From positions 1,240,001 through 1,304,000 of the forward strand of contig NW_026262675.1 of assembly GCF_021869535.1 (NCBI RefSeq): 64,000 bases of DNA, written 5' to 3'. This DNA comes from Mytilus californianus (lineage: Eukaryota). Positions within the stretch are counted from its first letter, which is position 1; every line of letters starts with the position of its first letter. A model generated the notes under the pieces. The model was not told where the DNA came from, ran no database searches, and saw only the letters and a list, made by a program, of their open reading frames with translations. This document shows positions 39,986-52,131 of this stretch, in pieces. The translations under genes were made by a program, and so were the position numbers.

Positions 39986-41952
39986 ATAAACTTTTTTTTT
40001 GTGTCTCATTGACGTTATTCGACATTTCTTTTTATTCACATACAAAATATGGGTCTTGTATTGCGGGTATTTTCCTAAACAAATAGTTCACACAGCATTG
40101 TCTATATTTAGTTTGATGAAAAGGGGATTTAAAGCGTGCTAAAAATATAGAACAGGAAAATATTTTTCAATAAATAATCACCAATTAAAAAGTACCACGC
40201 AGTAAGAAACTTCCCAACAGTCTATTAATATACATACTTAGTTAATCAATCATTGATGTTATGAAATAACTATAATTTCAAGGTAAGACACAAATTATAG
40301 TTTATTTGACGTTGCAGAAATAGTGAAAAATTTGAGTTCGACAATGTGTTGTTAACCAAGGTCAATTATTTCACATTAGCAGATTACTAGTAATTATTTC
40401 AAGTTTGCTTTCAGCATGTTCAGTTAGTGCGAGCATTTAAACGGTATTGTTTATTTATGTTTTATTTGTGTATTTGTTATCCACTATCCTTATCAAAGAC
40501 ATGTGTTTTTTTCCAGTACTTATTTTATTCGTCTGTTTTTTTATGATCCGTTTGTTAGTCTTTAGTTCGACATTAAAAATTAGAACTGTTGATATCTAAA
40601 AAAAACCCAAATAGTTCAAAACACCGCCACATGTAGATGTGCCTGCATGTCCATATAGCTAGTGGTTGTATTACATCAACTCAATGTTGTTGTTTTGTTT
40701 TGCTTATTGATGTTGTTGTTATATAGTGAAGTGTTGTTGGCAGATCTTTGATAGACTCTGTGAAATTTATTCATAACTTTTGAAACTTGAGGCAAATTAG
40801 AGCTTAAAATTTTGAATGGACACCTGTCTATTGTTGAAGACTATGTGTTAACCTCTGTTTATTTTGGGGTAATCTGTATCAATGGGTTGCTTTCTTTTTA
40901 TGCATACAGACCACACTTTCATTCGTAATATGAACGTCATTTATGTTTACATACCTTGTCATAACAATCTCTATAAAAAGTTCATATCAAGTTAATTTCG
41001 CTAAACGTATTTGCAACCCAATACGTTCATAAGATTTACATCTTCCGTTTACATTTAAGCCCATGTATGACGGACGGTCAAGAGTGTTTCCCAATTCTCG
41101 CAAACTACGGAACAAATTATAACCAAACTAGAAAGGAATGTTCCTCAGTGTGTCTATAATTTTATTTGTTCCAGGACCTAATATGGTCGTCATGGTTTAG
41201 AATTAAACATAGAGGTTAAGAAGTTAAATTAGCTTTGAAAACTAGCAGATATGGTCTGAAAAGACACTTACTTGCTGTATTTAAATCCTCATATTTTGGT
41301 AGTATGAATTTTGATCTCCAAAAGAAACTGAAATCGAAGATCACACTGTATGCTTGCACAACAATCATAGTACCGGTAAGCAGAGACGCATTCCTTCTCG
41401 TGACTTCACACTTATTATAACCACGTAAATCAAGTGTTCTGCAGGTACACCAGAATCACTCTGCCGTTTATCGTTTTCTATGTGTCTGTCTGTCCGTCTG
41501 TCCATGTGCCTTATAAATGCAACTCATCTCAAAGGAATATAATTCCGGCTCTGCATGTTAAAGGGAAGAGAATCCAACAAACTAACTTCACCATTTCAGT
41601 ATGCGGTAATATAAGTAGACCAGCTTTTCAATCATTTCAAAAGGGGAAATATTTGCCACTGGACGTAAAGCAAATAACAATCAATCAATTACTATTTTTA
41701 AATATATATTTTGTTAATCATTTTTATTTTTACGACTTTGTTAATCACTATTGTTTTAAAGCAAGATAAGACCGGATCTTTCTGAAATTTCTCGAATGTT
41801 TTTTTTCAATAATCAAGATTTTACATACCCTAATACACTACCACCTGACAATGGTATCAAGGGGTTAAACATAGAAGTATAGAATTTTTCAATGTTTAGT
41901 GATACGCCATTTTACGTTATCAATTAAACGGGATGTTGGATAGCAACCCAAA

Positions 41953-42054
41953 ACACAAAAATAATACCCAAAGATATCTTAAGCAGTCACTACACAGTCT
42001 CATACACAAAAATAATACCCAAAGATATCTTAAGCAGTCACTACACAGTCTCAA
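41953..42054. repeat. 51-bp tandem duplication
   Basis: acacaaaaataatacccaaagatatcttaagcagtcactacacagtctca present twice. Confidence 0.9.
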
Positions 42055-42469
42055 ACAAAAGACAGCTTAAAATGTACAATATTTCAAACTTTAATCAGCT
42101 CGCGGTAAAAATGTTGTGATGATAAAATAAAAGAGTAACAAATTCGCGAAAATGACCAAATACACATTAACAACCATGGACATGTTCCATTTGATGTAGT
42201 GAGAACCATGTCCTTATCATCATAGAATCCACTTATCAACGTTTGGTTGTCATGATCAACAAGAAGGATGCCTCTATTCAAGCAGGAACAGTTTAACCAT
42301 CCAGAGTATTGATGTCCATGATGTCACCTCCGGTCTTTGGTAGGGTTTCTTTTGCCCAATCCTTCTGTGCAGTGTTTTTGTAAACTGTGGTATGTCTTTT
42401 TTGTTGATCTTGTATTACTGATCTTTTAGTCTGTTTAGTTTCTCTCTATCTTCTTTAGTTTTTGCTCAA

Positions 42470-43592
42470 AACACAAAAGAGGGTAAAAAAAATCCTTATT
42501 TAAGGGCAATCACTCCTATGAAGAGTGACGGTCTACTAACTATATATGCAAAATTTGACTTTTTAATAGCTCTTGCCTTGCTGATCATTTTTGTGATTTA
42601 AAGTGTTTATTTATCTATTATAATTTAAATCATATAAGGCATAACGGGAAAAAAATATTTACTCTAAATATCATAGTTTTCATGATAATAGGCAAAAATG
42701 AAAAAAAATGGTAAAATTTGTCATTTATGGGCAATAACTCCTATAAGAATTTTTTAACAGTTTTGACGTATATGGACAATTGGTAGAGCTCATTATTCTG
42801 AACTTTTTTGCTCCTTTCAGATTTTCTCTATTTATAACGGTTCAAAAAATAATAGACACAACTTGCATTTTACTCCTATGTTGTATTTTTAGCTATGTCG
42901 GCCATGTTGGTTGGGAGGCGGGGTCATCGGACACACCTTTTAAACTAGATACCCTAATGATGATTGTGGCCAAGTTTGGTTAAATTTGTCTCAGTAGTTT
43001 CAGAGTAGAAGATTTTTGTAAAAGATTACAAAAATTAACAAAAAATTGTTAAAAATTTAATATAAAGGGCAATAACTCCTTAAGAGGTCAATTGACCATT
43101 TTGGTCATTTGACTTATTTGTAGATCTTACTTTGCTGAACATTATTGCTGTTTACAGTTTATCTCTATCTATAATAATATTCAAGATAATAACCAAAAAC
43201 TGCAAAATTTCCTTGAAATTACCAATTCAGGGGCAGCAACCCAACAACGGGTTGTCTGATTTGTCTGAAAATTTCAGGGCAGATAGATCTTGACTTGATG
43301 AACAATTTTATTCATATCAGATTGCTCTAAATGCTTTGGTTTCAGAGATATAAGCCGAAATCTACATTTTACCCCTATATTCTATTTTTAGCCATGGCGG
43401 CCATCTTGGTTGGCGGGCCGGGTCATCGGACACATTTTTAAACTAGATACCCCAATGATGATTGTGGCCAAGTTTGGTTAAATTTGACCCAGTAGTTTCA
43501 GAGGAGAAGATTTTTGTAAAAGTTAACGACGGACGACGGACGCCAAGTGATGAAAAAATCTCACTTGGCCCTGTGGGCCAGGTGAGCTTAAA
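42470..43592 (+). mobile_element. Helentron-associated non-autonomous element (HINE/pearl-like)
   Basis: Internal ~140-bp direct repeats (42885-43025, 43385-43520), (ggac)n microsatellite, and 3' hairpin ctcacttggccc-tgt-gggccaggtgag followed by an A-rich end. The 5' boundary is approximate. Confidence 0.7.
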
Positions 43593-43927
43593 ATAAAAAA
43601 TAGAATGGAAAAAACATTTTATCGTATTGACAATATATTAGTCGATGTACAATTTGGTGTGACTATATACAATGTGATTCTTCTTATTGTTATATAATTT
43701 TTTGGTGCTATATTTATACAACAGCATAAATTGTACAAGAACAAAGACAATTTTGAGTTCAGAGTTTTGTTCATATTTCGAGTGATATGTCTTTGTATGG
43801 CATTGTATAGTAACAATGGGAGTCTTCAAATATTGGACAACGATCTTTTAACATTTCATCACCATGACAATGTGTACAGAAAATAAATTTCAGATACTAT
43901 TCACTATTTCAGATCATTTAAAAGAAG

Positions 43928-44953
43928 ATGCATTTAGTGTGGTTCTTCGTCGTGTTAAGTCTTCTAAACAATACCAGACTGGTAAATGGTTGTAATAGGG
44001 GAGGTAATCGAGGATATGAGGTTGCAGCGCAAACAGCACGAGACACTCAAGTTGCAATTGATAATTTGAAAACCTATGTTCAGCAAGAGTTCTTTGTAGT
44101 GAATGCTAGAATAAATGAGTTACAGGTTGCCATTGTCGAAGTTATAGCACCACAAGCTGCGAGAATAGCTAATGCAACTGAATCTATTTCAAAAACGGCA
44201 GATAGACTTTCATGGAGAATCGCAGAAAGTTTGAATAAAGTTGATGACATTCTGAAAGAAGTACATGGCGGAATACGTTTAGTTTTCATTATACTGTTAC
44301 TAATTGGTTCAGTAATATGCCAATATATACAAGATGCAATTGGAAATGTCCTTAAACCTAGTATTCGTATTCGATTTTCAAAAACTTTGTTTTACATACT
44401 CCAAATATTTTGCTGTGTATTCGCATTTGGCATTTTAATCGACTTTTTCTTGTTTTCCGTCTTACAGTTACCACTACAAATAATTCGTCCGGAGTTTAGA
44501 GTGCTACTTATTTACACGTGCCCCCTTATATTTGTGGTTGTGTACTATATAGTGGGATTGACACTGACAATTTGTATTCAAACTTTAGAGTTTATCAAAT
44601 TTATTTTACATGGACCCTATTTGCTCTCAGTTGCGCCTTATGTCGTTATGTATCAAGTATACAAACATCGAAAATACTATAGAAACCGGACTGGAGTATA
44701 CATCGCAATGTTCTCTATATCGGCACTTCCTATATTCGTTCTTGGACTATGGCAGTTATTCACTGGACGCCGTGTAAACAAATTCAGTGACTTCCAAGAC
44801 AATGAGGTGGATACAAATCTTCTGGGAAGTATTCTTCTAACGCATTTAATGTATTTAATAGAAGCAATAATTTTACAGAAAAAATACCCAATTCCTGATA
44901 TGGCCATGGTAAACAGGCCGTATAAAAACATACGTTTTTATCTGGAGAGATGA
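43928..44953 (+). CDS. Single-exon orphan protein: signal peptide, ~70-aa predicted coiled coil, 5-6 predicted TM helices (341 aa)
   Basis: Uninterrupted 1026-bp ATG ORF in AT-rich DNA. Hydrophobic N-terminus MHLVWFFVVLSLL...VNG, heptad pattern, several 19-27-aa hydrophobic runs. Upstream acceptor-like tatttcag and downstream AATAAA (~45030, ~45057). Confidence 0.8.
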   Translation: MHLVWFFVVLSLLNNTRLVNGCNRGGNRGYEVAAQTARDTQVAIDNLKTYVQQEFFVVNARINELQVAIVEVIAPQAARIANATESISKTADRLSWRIAESLNKVDDILKEVHGGIRLVFIILLLIGSVICQYIQDAIGNVLKPSIRIRFSKTLFYILQIFCCVFAFGILIDFFLFSVLQLPLQIIRPEFRVLLIYTCPLIFVVVYYIVGLTLTICIQTLEFIKFILHGPYLLSVAPYVVMYQVYKHRKYYRNRTGVYIAMFSISALPIFVLGLWQLFTGRRVNKFSDFQDNEVDTNLLGSILLTHLMYLIEAIILQKKYPIPDMAMVNRPYKNIRFYLER

Positions 44954-45103
44954 CATCACTCTTTAAACTTAGTTTTAACAGTTCATTCAACCTATGCGAA
45001 CATTTTTAAATTTAGGTTAAGAAATGTATAAATAAACAGAATCAGTGTGATAAAACAATAAAACAGTCACTAACTAAGATCCAATCAATTTACAACCAGT
45101 TTA

Positions 45104-45287
45104 GGGGACGACCAGATGATTTTCGGGGTGGTGGGGGTTGGGCAGGAGGATTTCCTGGCTTGGTGTGAACTGAAAAAAAAAACTATCTTTGGACAAGACA
45201 GAATGAAAATGAATGGAAAAATCATGAATAGCAATAGATGAAAATAAATATTCACCCCCTCCCCCCAAATATTAAATGGTCGTCCCC
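45104..45287. mobile_element. PIF/Harbinger-type (Tourist-like) MITE, 184 bp
   Basis: TTA|GGGGACGACC...GGTCGTCCCC|TTA: 10-bp perfect TIR with a TTA TSD. Confidence 0.8.
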
Positions 45288-46939
45288 TTAAGCCTACCAT
45301 TTAAGTTTTTTCTAACTGCAAATGTAACAGTGCAGGGTAATGGTATGCTTACGGTAGCTTATCTCCTTTAAAGCATAATTCTCAACACAATAAAACAGTG
45401 GAAAAATAAGGGTTTTCTTATCTTTTTTTTAAAAGGCTCGGTGTGTAAAGTTGTCCTGCGAGAGAATGTTCTGTGCTGGTGATTAGGTCCTGATCGGTGC
45501 TTGTGATTATTGAAATTATGTTAAGAAGACGAAAATAACGGTTTTTGACAAGACGTTAATCTTTTTTTAATCTAAAGTTGCAGAATCAAAAGAATTGGTC
45601 TAAGAATTCTTTTCAATCGTCTTTTGACACGAATGTTACTAGTACCTTTTTGACATCCATTTCACTGTACAAATAGCGTTTTCGGATAATCAGAACAACA
45701 TATTAATACTTAAAAAGGGCAATATCTTCAGTTCAGTATTTAATTAGCTCTACTAAAGCTATCACATGCCCTTACAGGGGCATTTGCCGTCAAATTCATG
45801 TTCACAGATTTGACTCAAATTCTTAATTTGATTTATAACATACTAAATCGTATATCCAAATTACAAAAAAGTCTAAAAAAAAACAATTCACAATGCATAG
45901 ACTCGTTATAATGTATCAGCATTCTGTGTGTAATTTAGACTAGATGCCATCTAATTAACCATCGAGATGACCTCCGAAGAATGCATAGAGTCATATGACC
46001 TGATGTTCACATAAATATAAATACACAGACAAGCATTTGCAATCGTTTTCATGACGATTTCATGATTTAGATTTTTAAAAAATGTAAATCATTATTTTAA
46101 CTGTATGAGAATGATCAGTCAACGAAATGGTTCTTCCCGGTGGCTCCTTTGCTTCACTTTTCCACATTGATATTCTTCATTTTTAACAATTTTAACATAC
46201 TAAGCACGTGCGTAGTCTCCAGAGAAGAGTAACAATGAAGGTTGCATGAATTCAAATAAGGTTGATTTATTGACTTTCAAGCCATTAATACATCAGAGAT
46301 GTTTTTGAGCTTATTTTGACTATTCGTTTTGAAAATTGAACCAATCTGTTAATAGCGGAATTTTATTTCACAATTCCGCTTTATAAATGTTATAGACGAC
46401 TTGACTACATAACATAATGTTTCGACATTTAGAATAATAAAAAGTATGAAATTCTCCAGAAAGTTCCTATACAGTGTTTCTCTGCTTGTAAATGTGTAAG
46501 TGGTGGCACATATATATCCAAAATATCTTTTTACATCTTTATTCGGGCGTATGAGAAAAATCAACTAGAGTAACTTGATGTCAAAGGCATATTTGTATTG
46601 TCTATGACATCGAAGTAGAATATCATCTGTATAACCCTTAGTCGTACACTTTTTACAATAGCCGATAGAAAGACAAACGTTTCGACATAACACATGGTCT
46701 TGTCAATCTCAACCTTTCTTCTTTTAACAATAATGATAATAATTCCCAATACGTTTGCTGGTTGATTGTGTTATTTTATTATACAAATGTTAATATTATA
46801 AAAACAAGAGAGAGCGAAAGAGAGAAAGAGAGACTTCATAATTTAAATACTTTTATTTCATAGTTGAATCTTTTATTCCTGGTGTTGCAAAGCAAATGTT
46901 TTCAAGAACTCAAAGTGCCACATGAATATTTATCCATTC

Positions 46940-49900
46940 TCATGATGCCATTAACACAGTAAATTCTGAAAACAAAACAAAACCAATACTAGTAATCAAT
47001 TTCGCATCTTTCATTTTGAATATTTTAGTATCTAAGCAGAACATAGATAATTACATATGTGCATTTGATAATAAATGTTCTGTATGTTTTATATCGTTCA
47101 GTTTTCTATAATTGTTTTCTTTTTGTTATTAAAGTGTTTAAAAAATGTCAAAAATCTTTCATCAGATGTACTTCAAATTTTAGGCCAAAATTAGCCCTTA
47201 CCTGACCTTCTCCTTTCCAGTCAAAAGTAAGTAAGTACCAAACTTGAAAATGCAAGCGTCAAATTAAAATTCCGTGTCCAACGTACCAAACTACTTTATT
47301 TTGTATTATAATTACGTTTTAATTACTATACGGAAACCCATTTCATGTTGTTTTATTTAAAGAATGACTGTAATATTTTTTCTGCCTGAAGAAATAACAT
47401 CAAATATGTGGTGTACACTAAATAACCCGCGTAGCGGGTTATTTAAAAGTGTTCACCACATGTTTGAGGTTATTTCGAATAGAGAAAAAAAATATTAAAA
47501 TTATTCCTTATAATTTAATTCTAAATTACATTTTTAAGGTGTAAATCATGAAAAAGCTTCATGGTCACATGACAAAATAATGTCTATGAGCTGATAGACA
47601 AAAAATATTCAGCCAATCGGAAGACATTTTACATCCAAAATTAAATCATTCATTAATGTAAACGTACCATGAAAGTAACGAAGGATTAGAAAATCAATTT
47701 GTGCATCAACAATAAGAACGTTTCAACTTGATATCGGTTTTAATAGACATAGTAGACAATTGCTTTGACTATCTAGAAGATTGAACAGAATACAAACAAA
47801 AGTTTAATACGGATTTAAAAAACTTTTGTTTTCATCTTATCGAATTCGTTAAGAATTAACAGTAGTGAAAACAAAATCTTATAAAAGATCTACTCGTATA
47901 ACGTCCTCTTTACAATGCTGATCAGTGAACAGCTCGTTGAAATGGCTTATGGTACTGGTATGGAAAGTTCACTCAAAAGTTGTACGCTTTGACTGGTGTA
48001 TGTGACCTGCATACCGTTTGTTTTTTTTCAAATAGTTTATTATATATATATCCAGACATAAGTAAAAACAAAATTCCCGAAATAAAATTGCGCCGATTTA
48101 TTTGACTAAAATAGCTAAAGTCACCATGTTACTTAATGTCTTTAAGCCCTAGAACAAAAAGTTCTGTTATTGGCTGCATTTCTTTCACCGACATTGGGTT
48201 ATAATTTTGTGCAAAGTATGCATTTAGTTGTGTACGCACAAGGGTTTATTTTTCAAACACCATGAAAGATTATGCATGGTTATCAAATTCTTATACCCAA
48301 TGAGTAGAGAGGAAATACTTAAGTAATATTTTCGTTGTGGAACTATATAAAAATAAGAAGATGTGGTATGAGTGCCAATGAGACAACTATCCATCCAAGT
48401 CACAATGTGTAAAAAGTTAACAATTATAGGTCAAAGTACGGCCTTCAACACGGAGCCTTGGCTCACACCAAACAGCAAGCTATAAAGGGCCCCAAAAAGA
48501 CTAGTGTAAAACAATTCAAACAGGAAAACTAACGGTCTAATCTATATAAAAAACGAGAAACGAGAAACATATATACCTTCATAATTAAGCTGTCCGTCAT
48601 TATTCAAGTCTGCTTCATCGAACATTTCTTGTACCTCTTCGTCTGTCAACTGATCACCAAGATGTGTAACGATATATTTGAGCTCATCCACATTTACAAA
48701 TCCGTTTCCGTCTTTATCAAATAATTTAAAGGCATTCAGAAGTTCTGTTTCAGGATTGTTTAACTTATCAACTATCATCCCAAGAAATTCATTGAAGTCT
48801 AATTTTCCATTTCCTGGAATAAACCAACAAGCACCTTGTATTTTTGCAAACCGGGTGTTAATACGAGTTCAAATGAAAATACCATTTCATAAATAAGGTG
48901 TGTCTGAGGCGTATTCTGCATTTACATTCATCAGGAAAGCTCAAACCCCAAATTTAAGGCCAAGGATATATAAATACTTGAATACTTTTGAGCAATATGA
49001 CCAAAAGGATATAAAAAGAATAGACGAACCCATCTATAGTAAACTTTGCCTGTGGATGTTAGAACCTTAGTTTCTTAAAAATATCTTTAAAAAAAAGTAT
49101 GTAGAAATCATGTCAGTGTCGAAACACTATTTACTGAGCCCATCATACTATCATATTGTGTTGTTAATTTGTACTTCATACCATCGCCATCATATCGTGT
49201 CAATATGGCTTCTACGTCAGCTTCCGTGGGATTTTGTCCAATACTGCGCATGACAGTTCTTATTTCATTTACAGAAATTGTACCATCACCATCTTTGTCG
49301 AAAAATTTAAATGTTTCTCGAAATTCTGTAATATAAACCGTTTTGTTTTTTTACAATGTACATATATTTTCAGAATAACCTTCTCCAATAACGCAGGTAT
49401 AGTACTGCTAGAACATTAAAAATACCTAAAAATACAATTTACGTTCAAATTATAAGGAATTGTTATGCAAGTACTAAAACTTTGATAAATTAGTTGAACT
49501 GCATTTGCAAAAAATATTGTGGTAGACATTTCGTTGAGAAAAAAGCTGCTGTGCTGTCTTCATTGCAATTCTAGTAAATCAATTAAATGTTAGAAGTGTT
49601 TAGTTGTACAGTTGGGTGTCTAGCTTAAGATGCAGCGTTTTTAAAGTGAAATATGGTGTGTGTTGTCCTTATCATTAAATACCATCAATAAATGTTCCGC
49701 GTTTATCTTTGATTTCGTTATCATTAGAATGTTTCTGAATATAAATTACGATTCTTTTCTTTCTTGCATGAAATATGGGATATTTTTTTTCTTTTGAATT
49801 TTTATATGTTAAAAAGATATTTGAATACTCCAAATATCGATTTACTTAACCGGCTTCAAGTTTTAATCAAACTATGACAATTATTGTCATTATGGACCTT

Positions 49901-52131
49901 CTTTGGTGATTTAGAGCTTGACACATTGTATAGACACTAGTCTCTTATGTTACCCTCCAGATATCAAAACAGCAAACTATTTTATTTTAGGAGATAATTT
50001 TATGTGAATCATTGAAAAAGGTACTTTCTTTAACATAAGTGTCAATTTTAAATGTAAGACAAACTTATTTAAAATATCCTCCACAAAGTGATTTTTTTTT
50101 TTGTATCTTTACCGTTGATTTAAAACTAATTTATCCAAAAGATCAACATATATACTACATGAACAGGTGGGAAAGGCTCCTGTTTTTATACGACCGCGAA
50201 AAATTTTTGCGGTCGTATATTATATTGGTATGACGTTGGCGTCGTCGTCGTCGTCCGAAGACACATTGGTTTTTGCACAATAACTTTAGTTTAAGTGAAT
50301 GGATCTCTATGAAATTTTACCATAAGGTTCAATACCACAAAAGAAAGGTTGGTATTGATTTTGGGGGTTATGGTACCAACAGTTAAGGAATTAGGGGCCA
50401 AAAAGGGGCCAAAAATAAGCATTTTTGTTACTTCCAGTCTCTGAAATTATACCACAAGTTTCCATACCACAAAGGGATGGTTAGGATTGGCTTTGGGGGG
50501 TTATGGCTCAAACCGTTTAGGAATTAGAGGCAAAAAGGGAAAAAAACAAGGGTTTCCTGGTTAATGGACAATTTTAAAGCAGTGTAACGGAGGTAATCCA
50601 AAAACAAAATTGTACAATGTTGTACAATGTTGGATTACCTCCCTTACACTGCTTTCAAATTATCTATTTAAGACTTTTATGATGTATTTAAATTGGTAAT
50701 TATGGTTGCAAACTCCATTGGAAATTTGAATTGAGATTACGACCATATCTTGAGGGAAAGAATTTTTTTTTTGGAAAAGGGTGGGGGGAAGAAGGGGTAA
50801 AAAAGATATTGTGGGGGCAATTTTTTATTTCATTTCAGATTTCAGAAATTAAAAAGAAAATTTCTTCAAATATTTTTTTTTGCAAAAAAAAAAGGGGGGG
50901 GGGGGGGGTGTCAATACGCAACAGCATAGTGTATTTCAAAAAAGCAAAAAAAAAGGGGGGTATTATTTTTTTTTGGGGGGGGGGGGTCAATTCGCAACAG
51001 CATAGTGTTATGCACAAAAGCAAAAAATTGAATATAAATTCAAATCATATAACCAATTCTAAGTTTTTCGACTACAGTTATTCGGTGTCAGAAACCTATT
51101 ATGTGTCAAATATTTAATTACAATCCAAGTTCAGACCTGTATCAAGCGCGAAAATTGTGTCCATTTTCGCCCCAACTGTTCAGGGTTGGACCTCTGCGGT
51201 CGTATCCAGCTGCGCTCAGCGAAGCATTTTATTTTTATTTGTTAATTGTATTTCATTTCGGCATGTCTTCTAATTGAATAGTTTAGTGGAAACTTCACTT
51301 ATACATGATAGATACCTGCTACTTCTTCGGGAGTTAAATCTTCTACCTGAAAGAATATGAAATAACAGAACATCGAGATATAATATTCATAAAGATCTAT
51401 GTTTATATATACTGTTTGGGAGGCATCTCTTTGTAAGATACTCTTAGGAACAAATTTCTTACCTGGTACAAACACCCCCCACTTACGTATGAATGTTAGT
51501 TTAAGGGGTTTGGATATTACAGCGCGTCAAACTTTCCATTTGTATCATGCAGTAATGCATATATCAATGAGTAAACGTTTCCTGTAGTATGTTATGTGTA
51601 TTTTTTATCCCACACAGCCAAATGCACGTGTCTCGTCAATAATAGATTCCAGGGCTTTTTCCGTCGAGAAATATATAGATATACTCTCCCACATAATTAT
51701 ATTGAATTTAAAGTTCCCAATTAGCTGCTTATTTTTCCATTTTACACTGCCAAACGGTCTTCCATTCAATTTGACAAGACTAATTGTAAGTGTAACTGCA
51801 TCATATAGAATGCAAAGTAGTAACTTATACTTTTCAAACAATATAAATGTACTTCGATAATTGGTTGGTATTGTACAATAAATAGTCAGGAAATTGTACA
51901 ACAAATAAAACAGATAAATATACCAAGGAAACATATAAATGATAAATTTATCATTTCCAAAGCACACAATCTCGAGAAAAATAACGAAAGTCATACTCTT
52001 TATGTCATATGTGTACAATGTATCTATGGCAAATTGAACAATAATACTTAAAAACCTCAAACAAACAGACAAAACAAAAGTGTAGTCATCGATAGATATA
52101 GATGTACTTTATTGATGACAACTGATACCAT
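46940..52131 (-). CDS. Divergent calmodulin-like protein with 4 EF-hands, ~146 aa; exons 52131-52129 (tentative), 51346-51316, 49325-49182, 48813-48577, 46965-46940
   Basis: Exon sizes 3/31/144/237/26 with GT-AG sites mirror the calmodulin intron layout. Product (M)[31 protein letters not shown]...[12 protein letters not shown]...[12 protein letters not shown]...[25 protein letters not shown] at ~46850-46880. The ATG exon is the least certain part. Confidence 0.9.
47363..47513. repeat. ~150-bp imperfect palindrome (fold-back MITE-like)
   Basis: aataacatcaaatatgtggtgtacact...aaataacccgc-gta-gcgggttattt...agtgttcaccacatgtttgaggttatt. Confidence 0.75.
48350..48570 (+). mobile_element. Dominant interspersed repeat, subfamily A, truncated next to the calmodulin-like exon 4 donor
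   Basis: Matches the 20479 copy until gagaaaca at ~48569. The donor GT is at 48576-48575. Confidence 0.85.
50183..51230 (+). mobile_element. DINE-1/HINE-type Helentron-associated element in calmodulin-like intron 2
   Basis: 5' hairpin tatacgaccgc...gcggtcgtata, (gtc)n microsatellite, 3' subTIR gcggtcgtat and terminal stem-loop gctgcgctcagcgaagc, in T-rich flanks. Confidence 0.8.

Noticed and set aside
39628-40086. Short ORFs within the dominant repeat (also 54760-54945, 57863-58048, 60202-60496)
   Set aside because: Chance frames in a high-copy non-coding repeat, not conserved between copies.
50731-51117. 128-aa Lys/Gly/Phe-rich ORF
   Set aside because: Made of homopolymer runs inside a HINE element; 22085-22321 is similarly a homopolymer/CAC-run artefact.
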